Source: Octopus vulgaris (lineage: Eukaryota). Taken from it: a stretch of 64,000 bases of DNA. Positions 13,341 through 26,270 of the stretch are shown here, one piece after another. Positions within the stretch are counted from its first letter, which is position 1. Every line of letters begins with the position of its first letter. The translations under genes were made by a program, and so were the position numbers. The stretch is from NCBI GenBank assembly GCA_951406725.2, contig OX597821.1, positions 70,742,001 to 70,806,000 of the forward strand, read 5' to 3'. The notes beneath the pieces were generated by a model that saw nothing but the letters and a program-made list of their open reading frames with translations, did not search any database and was not told where the DNA came from.

Positions 13341-14240
13341 GGAAAAAATTCAAGGTAGAAAATATTAAAATAATTTTATAAAAAACATTTCAGTCCCGGT
13401 TTCGGTTATTGAGATTTTTTCAACTGTAAGTATGGAAAACAATTAAATTTTGGAAAACTTAAATGAAAATTATTTTAAAAGAATATTTGCATAGTATTCA
13501 AATACAAGGGGCATTTTCATTGTTTCTGCCTGTCTCTGTCTCTCTTGTTTACTTTTGTGGGTTCGAGGTCGTTGTGAATTCTTGGCCGAGAAGAAGAAGA
13601 AGAAGAAGAAGAAGAAGAAGAAGAAGAAGAAGAAGAAGAAGAAGAAGAAGAAGAAGAAGAAGAAGAAGAAGAAGAAGAATGTGGGGGTGCTATGATAGTA
13701 GTAGGAAGTGAAGTGACCTAGGAGTGGTTCGTTGTGGATTATAGCAGTGATTGGGACTGTTTTTAATGAATTCTTGGGTCTCTCTTTTGAATGTATCATT
13801 TTTAATATTTGCGTGTGTGTGTTTCTAAGGTCGTGGTGGATATGTTATTTATTGTAGATGCGTTTGTAATAAAGGAGACGCTTTACTAATTCTTCGGCTA
13901 CAGGTTGTATCGTCCCTGAATTGATAGAGGGGAAAATTTCTGAAGCTTGGATTTTTGTTATTGGCACAAATGTCGATGTGTTGGCTGAATGATATTTTTC
14001 TCTTATTTTGAATTTTGATCTGGAATCTGTGCAGAGCCATCCTTTGGCGTAGAATGTTTTTTTTTTGTTTGGCCTATGTATTTCTCTTGACACCCAGAGC
14101 AAGTTAGTGCGTACATGAGGTTCTCCGAAGCACATGTGAAGCTGCTTTTCACTGTGAAAGGTTGTCCCTGTTTGAAGGAGAACTCTGATCCATCAATTAA
14201 ATTGACACATGTCCCACAGTAGACATCAAGGCAAGTATAT
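13341..14240 (-). mobile_element. 3' fragment of a Penelope-like element (GIY-YIG endonuclease + 3' end/pLTR), interrupted by (AAG)n
   Basis: Minus-strand translation CLDVYCGTC...FTCASENLMYALTCSGCQEKYIGQT, then frameshift to LRQRMALHRFQI...SQHIDIC; 3' end abuts (TA)n and carries an HHR relic. Confidence 0.85.
13388..13429 (-). ncRNA. Decayed U3:A8-core hammerhead in PLE 3' end
   Basis: TTACAG-TTGAAAA-aatctcaataacc-GAAACCGGG-A-CTGAAA; homologous to the intact copy at 18039-18082. Confidence 0.55.
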
Positions 14241-14947
14241 ATGGAGGCAATTATGCAGCAAACAATTTCAGCGCTACGAAGAATTTTCTATACCGAAAAC
14301 CCGAGGAACTCACCTGTTGATTGCATACATAGGTATGTATGTATTTATCTACCTGTTTGCTTGCGCCCGTGCATAATTATGTTTGTGTGCGTGCTAACGT
14401 CTGTATATTTATGCAAAGAAGAGCAGACAGCGATAGAGAAAGAATGTGACTGAGACCAAATCTAACCAAAGAGAGAAAACATGAAATCACACATAAAACA
14501 CACATGCATACAGACATATGCTTTTTTGTGCATCTATGAATGGATGTAGGTGTGTGTAGGTGTGTCTGTGTGTGTGTATGCATGTATGTATGTGCTCGTA
14601 TATTCTTGTGACTAAGTGCATGAGATTGAGTGAATGGGGGAAAGAAAGCGGAGTATGTGAGAGGAGGATAAAGAAAAGATGGAGAGGAAAAATAATACGG
14701 GGAGTGAAAGAGAGAGAAGGGGGAGACAAGAGGAAAAGAAAAAACATGAAATACCTTCTTTTGATATGATAGTGTATGTGTGGAGTTGTACAGAGAGAGA
14801 GAGAGAGTGTGTGTGTGTAGAGGAGAGAGAAAGAGAGTGTGTGTAGAGGAGAGAGAGAGAGAATGAGCGACAGGAACAGAGAATGGAAAAAAAAGGCAAA
14901 ACGAAAGAAAGAAGGAAAAAAAGAAAGAAACGAAAAAGAGGAAAAGA

Positions 14948-14999
<52 letters not shown>

Positions 15000-15051
15000 G
15001 CAAGAAGGAAGGAAGGAGAAAGAAAGAAAGGAAGAAAACAAAGAAAAATGA

Positions 15052-15087
<36 letters not shown>

Positions 15088-15449
15088 AAAACGGAGAAAT
15101 GAAGAGAGGAAAAAAGTAATGCAAAGAAGATGTGAGGAAGCGGAAGTTGTGTGAAGGGTCTTGTAAAAACTAAATGTATTTTGGTTGGCGACCAACAAAG
15201 GAAGATGAGACATGTGCTAAGTAACTGGTGTGACTAAGGATCAACTGGACACTTTTGTCTTTCATTATTTAACACCGGGGTATACACAACCACCCAGAAA
15301 GATCAACCTGCAACTTCCTTTCAATGGAAATAACGCTTGAAGGTCAAAACGAAACTAAAATAAACAATTTCTTTTGAGAGACTGGAAAATTCAAAAAGGA
15401 TTCATCGTCGTTGTTTTATGTTGTTTATTTATTTCTTTATAGATAGATA

Positions 15450-15480
<31 letters not shown>

Positions 15481-15484
15481 TGAG

Positions 15485-15530
<46 letters not shown>

Positions 15531-15626
15531 GTAGGTAGGTAGGTAGGTAGGTAGATAGATAGATAGATAGATAGATAGAGACAGACAGACAGAGACAGAG
15601 ACACACAGACAGACAGACAGACAGAC

Positions 15627-15694
<68 letters not shown>

Positions 15695-16174
15695 GTGTGT
15701 ATGTAGTTTTATTTGTTTCCTTTGCAATATTTTGGTCAAAACTGGGGGATTCGTGTAGGCACATATATTTTTTAAGCGACCCTAAATGGCCGTTAGACCT
15801 GCTAGAAATAATAGCTAAATCTCTCATAAATTGCATTTCTCCGACATAAAAATGGAAGGAATGCAGTGGATAATACAGTCTGAGGTATCCCCACATCCTA
15901 ATGCTTTGAACGACTTTAATTATGGAACTATTCGATCAGATTTGGTAGCAACAGCGAATGGCCAAGGAAAATATAATTTGATCCAAGGACAATATAGTTT
16001 AAAGTCGGCACACTGGAGCTCATAAATATTTTGAGTTGTTACTACTGTCATTTAACTTAAGGTGCCGCACTGGTAGAATCGTTAGTGCGTCGGACAAAAT
16101 GTTTATTGTACCGACCCATTTCTGATGTCCTACATGATGATGCGCCTAGATTCTATTGAATCCAATAATTAATA

Positions 16175-17285
16175 TCTATATATATAAATCTCAACTTGTG
16201 TGTCTGTGTGTGTATCTGTGTGTGTGTCTGTATGTTTAACTTCCTGGCACATCTCCTAGCCAACAAATCATAGAACCACCAAAATGGGTCACTTAAAGTT
16301 TAGGCGAATGAAAATTGAACTGCGCTATTTCTGTTCCGAAATTCACTTCGCAAGTGCAAAAATCGATAATGTGTTTGCTTATATATAAGCATTGAATAGT
16401 GAACTTTACTCAGTCAGTTGTTTGACGTGAAGTATGTTCACCACTCGTGCAAGCATGCGTAAATTGCATGAAAAATAAAAATCAAGATATAAAAACGAAT
16501 CGCCGTAAACATTGTAGAAATTCGGCAAAGAAATGAATTTTGGGGATGTAGCCTGGAGGGTTTTTCGTATTAATCGTTTGGACTTTGTGAACACATACCA
16601 ATTGTTTTCATAACATTTTTAACGCTTTGAATTAAATGTGACCATTTTGCGTTGAGTCTGCAGCTTGAATCACTTTAACCAAATTTTAGCAGGCCGGATT
16701 TTTGATCATCAGGATACATCGCCAGCGACTCCCTGAAACCGTCCCCCTGAAATCCCCGTTGAGAAATCTATATATATAAAACTCAACTTGTGCGTCTGTG
16801 TGTGTGTCTGTGTATGTATCTGTGTGTGTGTCTGTGTGTTTAACTTTTTGATCTACCAAGTTTCATTATCAAGGATGGAAAGTAGTGTGTAGCAAATCTC
16901 TATATATTAAGCTGAAGTTGTCCGTGTGTGGCAGGTTTGGTAGCCTTCAACTAACACTATCTCCTTCGAGACCCTGCAGCGCAAGTTGACCAAAATTGAG
17001 AGTATGATAGAAGAAGGCTCGCTCTTCATTCTGTAGAAGATAAAATTCAAATCGGACCATGTTAACACCAAAACTTATTTACATCAAAAAGGTGGGTTTT
17101 TTCTATGAAAATCCCTATTTTTTACGATTTTTGACTGCTGTGTCACCATTTTTCGGTGTATTTCAACTAGAAAAATGTTCATTTGAAGAGAATAACAAGC
17201 TGCATAATGCAAAATTTTTACTTTTCAAAACTTCCAATTCTAAAGGGTCGAAACAAACCCAAGCAACACCGGGTGATGCTGCTAG
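16175..17285 (+). mobile_element. Non-autonomous Helitron-like composite (three 5' ends, one 3' end)
   Basis: A|TCTATATAT... starts at 16175, 16767 and 16897, each followed by (TG)-rich sequence; 3' end ...gcaacaccgggtgatgctgCTAG|T. Confidence 0.65.
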
Positions 17286-17935
17286 TATATATATATATAT
17301 ACGTTAATATTGTGGGGCAGTACATTCTTGGCTTTGACATATAACCGCTCAGAAAGATACCAACGGTTTCGCGTCTACTGTTGCACCTGGCAATATTGAT
17401 GACTCTCCAGACATAATGGCCGTCGGTAATATTCTGACCTCTTTTATGTCACAACCAGGAATATGGTGCACGGCAATATGAAAGTTTAATTGCACAATTT
17501 CTCTTTTTAAGTTTGTCTTTTTGATTTCTGGCGTCAGAACTAGAACAACAAACCGATAATATGTTGTCGCTTCTATTTTTTTAATTATTATAAATCTTCC
17601 ACTGAGAAGGGAACCGGTTTCCAACAAAGATACAAGGCTCCATCTTTGGGATGTAGTTAACACAGACAAAAATAATAGAAGTAAAAACAAGAGTAATAAA
17701 ATAAGGATAATAAAAGTAAAAATAAGAATAATAAATAAGATTTAGCAAAATTGGAATAAAGTAGCAAAAGAAATAAAAACATAAAGTAGAATAAGAGATA
17801 AAATACTATAGAGCTGAGAAGAGTATGTTGGCTTGGATGAGATGGTAAAAGGTCATAAATAATTTCTTAGTTTGACCACTCGTTGAATTATAGATTAAGG
17901 TAATATATATAGATTAAGGTTATATATATATATAT

Positions 17936-18128
17936 CAGGAAGTCAGAGAAAGGCAGAATGCCACTTATATCTGAACACTACTATAGAAATATTCTTTAGA
18001 AAAACTTTTCAATTTTTCTAAATTTAATTATTTAATCGTTACAGTTGAAAAGGTCTCAAAATGACCGAAACCGGTACTGAAAGATTCACTATAAAATTAT
18101 CTTAGCATTTTCTATTTTTGACTTGTTT

Positions 18129-18133
<5 letters not shown>
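17936..18133 (+). mobile_element. Solo PLE 3' end (pLTR) between (TA)n tracts
   Basis: Aligns by eye with the reverse complement of 13341-13535; contains a U3:A8 HHR. Confidence 0.75.
18039..18082 (+). ncRNA. Minimal hammerhead ribozyme, U3:A8 core variant
   Basis: CAG-TTGAAAA-GGTC tcaaaat GACC-GAA-ACCGGT-A-CTG: stems I and II, palindromic stem III, GUA cleavage triplet. Confidence 0.75.
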
Positions 18134-18173
<40 letters not shown>

Positions 18174-18174
<1 letters not shown>

Positions 18175-18425
18175 TTTATTTAAAGCAGCAGAAAATTCAA
18201 CAAAATCTGTTACTCTGAGTTTCTCGTTGCCGTTCATCAGACAGTTTTTGCTAGAAAAAACTAGCAAAAATTCTAGCAAAAACTGTCTGATGAACGGCAA
18301 CGAGAAACTCAGAGGAACAGATTTTGTTGAATTTTCTGCTGCTTTAAATAAAGCATATTACTCTACCACTGGTATTTGAGTACTCTTTTTTCCACCTTGT
18401 TTCACATTTATGTGTTTACTCCGGT
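18174..18425 (+). mobile_element. Fold-back HHR element: 83-bp inverted arms (18174-18256 / 18271-18353) plus ~70-nt tail, in (TA)n
   Basis: Arms are reverse complements with one mismatch seen; each holds CTGT-CTGATGA-ACG gcaa CGA-GAA-ACTC a GAG(T/G)-A-ACAG (18283-18320 +, 18207-18244 -). Confidence 0.85.
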
Positions 18426-19169
18426 ATATATATATATATATATATATATGCACTGTAAGTCGGAAGGAATATTCTGTATTTTAAGCTGGATTGAAATCAG
18501 AATCAAAAGGCTTTAAACTAGATTTACTAAAATAATTTGAGCAACACACACACACTCTCTCTTTCTCTTTGTTTTCTCTCTCTCTCTCCCCCCCTCACTG
18601 CAGCTTTATTCATGAAATGGTCCCATAACCTCCAAAAAATAATCGTTGTCCAATGATTATTATGCACAAATTAAATATTTAAATTATGTCTGACGTTATT
18701 GGTTTTCTGTTTAAACCGCTTTGAAGTTGAATGTGTTACGTGTAAGCAACTCTATAAATATGCAAATAGATCGATGTTCTGCAGGAGTTTAAAAGGACAC
18801 CGCGTAATTAAGAATGAAACTGGCAGAAAGGTCGCTTTCCTAAGACGTCGCGTGCCGTACGTTGGTGCGGTGAATTGTGTCATTTAATTTCTTTGATGAA
18901 GTTTACTTCCATTGTTATCCAACATTTCTCTCCTGTTATGGTATTTAGTTTTCAATAAGACAATTTGCAACACCTTTCAGCCATCTCTGTGGCACTACGT
19001 CGAAAATAAGCCATCCTAAATATATATTGTTTATATCGAGGATGTTTCTCTTTACTTTTATGATTCAAATATATTCAAAGTAAGTTTACAAATGTATTTT
19101 AATCTCTAAAAAGACAACTTTTATTTATCTAATTATCCACACATCTTTATCTTTCGATCTATTTCTCGC

Positions 19170-19227
<58 letters not shown>

Positions 19228-19737
19228 TTCCTTCTCAAACCCGTCTCTCTTCCTCTTCTTCATTCATCCACCCAACTCTATACATCTCTATTTTCTTTTC
19301 TCCCTCATCCGCATCTCACCCCGTTCGTAGCCTTCGTATGAAATAAACTTATTTCTTCTCTTTATTCAAACTAATGTAACTATTTTCCTTTATATCTTTC
19401 ACATAAAGAATCTATCTCAATATTTTGACTACTTTTTTCTCTGTTTAAGATTTTAATCCAAATATTTACAAATCCAGCTTCCATCTCTGCTTCTTATATA
19501 TACACATACACATGCAGCCTCCTATGTGTTCCTGTGTGTGTATATAAACGAAACGGGAGCTGTACTTAAATATGCGTGTGTGTGCGCGTGTGTGTGTGTG
19601 TGCGTGTGTGTGTGTGTATTTGTGTATTCACACATACATAATTATCCACCCCTTGGTTATAACACTCCTTTATTCTTCTCTTTACTACTTTTCAACTCTT
19701 CGTCATCCTTCCTTCTTATATCTTTATTATAGGTATT

Positions 19738-19808
<71 letters not shown>

Positions 19809-20119
19809 CTATTTATTTATTTGTTTGTTTGTTCTTAATTTCTTAGTTATAGTTTTTGTGATTTTTTTTCTTTTTTTTTCCTTTCTATCTATGATCTTCT
19901 GCTTACAAAACTTTAAACAGTCTTTCTGTCGCTGTTTAATAGGTCAACTTCCGTTTCAATGCTACACGGGCCGGAAGTACTGCGCACCAAATCTTAAGCA
20001 TAGAGAATTCGGTAGGCACCGGTGAAAGATTTGTATTCTGAGCAATCAATCAACAACTTTTAACAGATGGAACACGGTTCTAGTCACATCCAAATACATA
20101 CATACACACACACACACAC

Positions 20120-20179
<60 letters not shown>

Positions 20180-20469
20180 CGAATTCTATCGACTGATCCT
20201 CAAGGGAGTTAAGTTAGATATAACAAGAAAATATAAACTAAGTACCGTTGCCAAAATCTGTTATTTAGCTGACTAGCATATCTGTTATGATTTCTTGGCT
20301 TACAGTAAACACGTATTTATACTTAGCGGACGCTTAGACGAAACCAAACAGTTGCTGTAATACCAGAAGGTGGATAAATAAACTCTTTTTCTCGAGGAAA
20401 CAAACTTAAATGCAAGCTAGTTATTTGTTGTCTTTGTATCTTTGTGTCTGTATATGTGTGTGTGTGTAT

Positions 20470-20521
<52 letters not shown>

Positions 20522-20658
20522 AACACAAAGCCGGAAGAGAGAATTATTTTATTCGTTTATATATATTTTTTCTTGGGTAAAGATCAGAGATATTTAGATG
20601 GTAGACTTGCAGAGCAACTGGAACAACAAGCGCTGTGGCTAGGGGTAAGTAAGTAAGT

Positions 20659-20692
<34 letters not shown>

Positions 20693-21306
20693 AAGAAGAA
20701 GAAGAAGAAGAAGAAGAAGAAGAAGAAGAAGAAGAAGAAGAAGAAGAAGAAGAAGAAGAAGAAGAAGAAGCAGTCCTTCTCTAACCCCACAGTGTAGGGT
20801 TAAGGGTTTAAGGGAGGTCTGTAGCGACTGTTGAGATCTTATAATGTTAGTCGTGCTGTTGTAGTATTCAACCCCAGGTCCGCTCTGATTCCGTAAACCT
20901 ATGGGCAAAGGCGTTTCTGATGTGGCCATCCCGGTCGTTTTAGAAATCTAAGACTACATTATCCAATGTGTCAAAGTCTGGTTTCATTTCATAGACATTT
21001 GCTTACTATTTGGTTAGTAGGATCAACATCGGAAAGATTCATCCGTTTCAAGATAAGGGGTGGAGGTAGTGGTGGTTGTCATAGTGATAGGTATGTTGGC
21101 GGTTGTCATGGCGACGTGGATATGAGATTGACGGGAAGTAAGATTATTACATCTCCTGACACAGAAAGTCAATTCAGGAGAAGAAAATCATGAGACGATA
21201 AGGTAGTATTTATGTGGTCACGTGGCCAAATCCCTCTCAAATCACGCGTTGACAAGATTGGGTAATATAACGCTAGTAACACTATTAACGTGTGTATGTG
21301 TGTATG

Positions 21307-21350
<44 letters not shown>

Positions 21351-21604
21351 GTGTCATATATCCCTATACTTCTGAGACCATAATATCATTATGCAAGACT
21401 CCCAGCCCTAAACCAATGAACTATTTACAGAAATATAAAATAAAATTCGGCCTCCGAAAGTGGTTCTGTGCTGTAATGGTTCTCTCATACGCCTTACACG
21501 CGGAACACCATTAGCTAGAATATCTATATTGTTCACATAAATATGTATCCGTAATAATTGCACTTATTTTTAAAAAAGCTGTTTTTTTTTTTTATTTAAC
21601 GTCA

Positions 21605-21730
21605 TGTCGACCGCCTTTACGTTCTGAGTTCAAATTCCGCCGAGGTCGACTTTACCTTTCATCATTTCGTGTTCGATAAATTAAGTACCAAATTTCAGGC
21701 CTTGTGCCTACTACTATAAGTAGAAAGGAT
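21605..21730 (+). mobile_element. Partial tRNA-derived SINE (family A, Meta-domain-like)
   Basis: gttctgagttcaaattccgccgaggtcgactttacctttcatc...gataaattaagtacca, same family as 22444 and 50526. Confidence 0.8.
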
Positions 21731-21806
21731 TCTTCTTCTTCTTCTTCTTCTTCTTCTTCTTCTTCTTCTTCTTCTTCTTCTTCTTCTTCTTCTTCTTCTT
21801 CTTCTT

Positions 21807-21921
<115 letters not shown>

Positions 21922-21924
21922 TTT

Positions 21925-22352
21925 TGATTTGCTCGGGTTCGGTCTTATTCTTGGTAGGAATTATGTGGAAAGTGGATTACTACCCGTAACGTTAGGTATC
22001 CACACGTTTTCAGAGAACCCTCCTGATAATCCTTGCTGTCCCTAAGAGACAAACGTTCAGTAGGAACTCTGCCGATGATTCTATTTCGGTCTTCTTCAGC
22101 CACTGGTCTATATCTTGGCTTACTGTTCCCAACGCTCCAATTATTATAGGGACGACCTTTACTGTTCTCGTGCTTATTGGCTCCATATTCTTCCTATTTC
22201 AAATTTTAAGGAATTGTATTTTTTTGTTTTTCCTCCATTTATCACGATCCTGGAATCAAGCGGGTATGATGGGTTGATAAGTAAGCAACTTCGCTTTTCC
22301 TTATCTATAATCGTTATGTCTGGTCTATTATTTTCTAATTTCTTATCCTTTT
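21925..22352 (-). pseudogene. 3' fragment of a second REL-endonuclease (R4/Dong-like) LINE in (TAA)n/(TAC)n
   Basis: NNRPDITIIDKEKRSCLLI...KYNSLKFEIGRIW, then VPIIIGALGTV; parallels the C-terminus of ORF 6025-8535; flanked by (ATT)n. Confidence 0.8.
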
Positions 22353-22370
22353 GAATAGAAATTATTATTA

Positions 22371-22440
<70 letters not shown>

Positions 22441-22443
22441 AAG

Positions 22444-22642
22444 GGCGGTGAGCTGCAGAATCGTTAGCACATTGGACGGTATTTCGCCCGTCGCACGTTC
22501 TGAGTTCAAATTCTGCCGAGGTTGACTTTGCCTTTCATCCTTTTGAGGTCGATAAATTAAGTACCAGTGAAACACTGGAGCCGACGTAACTGACTAGTTC
22601 CCTCGCCACAAATTTTGGCCCTTGCGGCCAATAAAGAAAGAA
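22444..22642 (+). mobile_element. tRNA-derived SINE family A
   Basis: GGCGGTGAGCTGCAGAATCGTTAG (A-box-like), GAGTTCAAATTC (B-box-like), gcctttcatcc...gtcgataaattaagtaccag central domain, ends in (ATT)n. Confidence 0.85.
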
Positions 22643-22666
22643 TTATTATTATTATTATTATTATTA

Positions 22667-22816
<150 letters not shown>

Positions 22817-22818
22817 GA

Positions 22819-23015
22819 AATCGTTAGCACACCGGGCAAAATACTTATTGGTATTTCGTCCGTCTTTACGGTCTCAGTTCAAATTCCGCTGAGGTCGACT
22901 TTGCCTTTCATCTTTTCGGGTTTGATAAATTAAGTTCCTGTGAAACACTGAGGTCGATGCAATTGACTAGACCCCTCCCCCTAAATTTCAGGCCTTGTTC
23001 CAATAATAGAAAGGA
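22819..23015 (+). mobile_element. tRNA-derived SINE family A
   Basis: Second copy of 22444-22642, ends agaaaggATTATT. Confidence 0.85.
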
Positions 23016-23424
23016 TTATTATTGTTATTATTATATACCATATTAATTTTCGTTTCTGCTAATTCTTTCACAGATCCAGTGAGGCTGCATTTCTTGTTTT
23101 CATCGTTTGTAAACTAAATACCAAAAAAAAAAAAAAATCCAAGCTTTGAATCGATCGAAAGCACACCCACTTTTACTTCAAAACCTGCCGGCAGCTTAAT
23201 CAAAAGAAATCTCCAAGCATTCTTTATTTCTTCCTTTCTATTCTAATGTATTTGTTGCCAGTGTTGTTGTTGCAGTTATTGTTGCGCCATAGAATTGCTG
23301 CTATCCCGACTTTTGTCTTTGAGGCGAGGAGAGAAGCGTTTGGTGTGTTTGAATTGAGTATACATACATAGATACCTGTGTGTGTGTTTGTGTATGTGTA
23401 CATACACATATACATGGATATGTA

Positions 23425-23499
<75 letters not shown>

Positions 23500-23645
23500 A
23501 GAAAGAAAGTGAGATACGTGTGTAGTATTTATGTATGTATATATGTATGTGTGTATGTATGTATGTATGTATGTATGTATGTATCTATGTATGTATGTAT
23601 GAATATGTAGCGATAGGGATATCAACAATACACACACACACATAT

Positions 23646-23730
<85 letters not shown>

Positions 23731-24595
23731 GATATAATCAGGAAAAATATCTACCAACAATGCTATTGTTAAGTGTCTAATCCAACGTAAATTGTACAAA
23801 ATGGAAAAAAAATACGAAAACACAAACTGAAGAAAATCAAGAATAAATACAAATACTGAAATAAAATAAATGAATAAAAGTAAAATAGAATTAAAATATA
23901 AAGCATTCGATGTATCAATGAAACTGTTTCAACACTAGGAAAATCCAATTTCAGTTAATTTTACCTCCAAACATAGAGAACGCCATTGCAAGAGGAAATA
24001 ACAATGTTTGAACAAAATGATCGTTCGTTTATTTACTATACAAGTATTATTATTCCGCAACGAAGTTTTTCTAAGTTGATTTCAGTTCTATGAATACAAA
24101 CATTGTTTCGTATCAGTAATGTAATAAATGACACTTTATAAATAAAGGTCCGTTACATATATACACACACACATACATACATACACACACATGCATACAC
24201 ACACACATGCATACACACACACATACACACAAAAATACAGAGACACGGACACACATACATACGTACACACATACATACAGATAGACAGACACACACACAT
24301 ACATACATACATACAGACATACATACATACATTCATACATACATACGTACATACAGACATACAGACATACATACAGGCATAAAGATATATAGGTGTGTGT
24401 GTGTGTGTGTACGTATACGTATATATATGTCTGTGTGTGTTTGCGTGTGTGTGTGTTTAATTATTATACAGTTTTTACTGTTGTTGCTGGCGGTGTTGGT
24501 GTTTTTGTTCTTGACGTCGTTCATCATCATCATCGTCGTCGTCATCATCGTCATCATCATCATCATCATCATCATCGTCGTCGTCATCATCGTCG

Positions 24596-24657
<62 letters not shown>

Positions 24658-24960
24658 TTCTTCTTCTTCTTCTTCTTCTTCTTCTTCTTCTTCTTCTTCT
24701 TCTTCTTCTTCTTCTTCTTCTCTTTCAAGCTAATTTCTCTCATTTCTTTACTATCACTCTCTATCTTTTGTTTGTTTTTTACCGTATACAAAAAACACAT
24801 ACGAATGCATTTCTGTATACGGTAGATCTGAACGTGTATCTATATGAATATATGAATATATGGATATGTGGTTATATAGTGTGTGTCTGTGCGTGTGCGT
24901 TTAGTTATATATAGATAAACTTGCGCATTATATCTTACTGTTTATTTATCTCCCTCACAT

Positions 24961-25016
<56 letters not shown>

Positions 25017-25555
25017 CACACATGTGTATGTACGCGCGCGCCTGTGTGTCTGTGTATACGAATGTATGGATATATATACATGTGTGTGTATATATATATT
25101 CATTTATATACATACATGCATACATATATATTTGTATACGTATATATTTATTATGTTTACACATACACACAGACACACACACACATATGCACATGCACAC
25201 ATACAAACATTCAATTATAACTCGAAATAAATGTGTATGATTAAGATATTTTCCATGTAAGTGTATGTATATAAATGTAGTTTTCATGTATATGTTTTGA
25301 TGTACATGCGTGTGTGTCTGTCTCTGTGTGTGTGTGTGTGCTTTTCTATTAAGACCTGTGGATGGGGTGGACATGTGTGTGTAGTTTTAGAATACATTGT
25401 AGGCTTAATAGAATTTATGAACGTAATTTTTCAAAGAAATTCTTCTGTAGTCCATAACAGAAGACACCTAGGTCTTTTTACTGCGAAAATGTAAACAAAC
25501 ATTCCAACGGTATATATACATACAAGCACATTTATGTATATATATGTGTGTGTGT

Positions 25556-25762
25556 GTGACCGCGTGTGTACCGTTGGCGATTTTTTTTCCTCTGTCTTCC
25601 CTTCTCTGGATCTTTCCTTCTCCTATGTTTCCGACGAAGAGCTCCGCTCGAAACGTTGAACCCTCCTTCTTTCCTTCTTTCCTGAGCGTCCAATAATACT
25701 ATATTTGTTCCACGTCCTCGCGTTGTTGTGTTTTTTTTGTGCTTTCATGTTTGAATTAACTT

Positions 25763-25763
<1 letters not shown>
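25556..25763 (+). mobile_element. ~200-bp HHR-bearing element (family H1; probable PLE pLTR) ending at (TA)n
   Basis: HHR at 25627-25661 GTTT-CCGACGA-A-GAGC tcc GCTC-GAAACGT-T-GAAC; homologues at 30655-30845, 33982-34197, 57895-58100, 48890-49125. Confidence 0.8.
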
Positions 25764-25798
<35 letters not shown>

Positions 25799-25799
25799 G

Positions 25800-26100
25800 C
25801 GAATGCAACGAGGAAGACACAGCTTCAAAATTGAAAAACACACAAAGACCGTTATTTGTAATGTGGCGGCGAAATTTTTGTCCCTCGAAACTGTGATCCG
25901 CTCACTGGCAAAAGATATGCAGCGAAATTATTGACAGCGAAAAGGTGGTGGTTTTCGACTGGCAAAAATTTCAATACCATATTACAAACAATAAAGGTTT
26001 AAGCGACCGTTGTGTGTTAACAAGTGTTTGCCACGTTGCAATTGCGTTTGTTTCAGCACACAGTCTCAGATCATAGCACTTGATATGCAAGTACATCTCC
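25800..26100 (+). mobile_element. Old diverged fold-back relative of the adjacent PLE terminus
   Basis: 26030-26100 is a diverged reverse complement of 26215-26285 (ggagatgtact.gcata...tgatctgaga..gtgtgctgaaac); 25800-25912 resembles the same pLTR in the other orientation. Confidence 0.55.
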
Positions 26101-26159
26101 AAAACGTATGTGTGTGTGTGTGTGTGTACATATTTTTATACGTGCCTGTATGTATGAAT

Positions 26160-26215
<56 letters not shown>

Positions 26216-26270
26216 GGAGATGTACTCGCATAGCAGGTAATTTGATCTGAGATCGTGTGCTGAAACGAAA

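Noticed and set aside
22444-22520. tRNA gene
   Set aside because: A/B-box-like head continues into a SINE body repeated many times; no full cloverleaf
23915-24092. Possible long-stem-II HHR on the minus strand
   Set aside because: Core and stem III both imperfect
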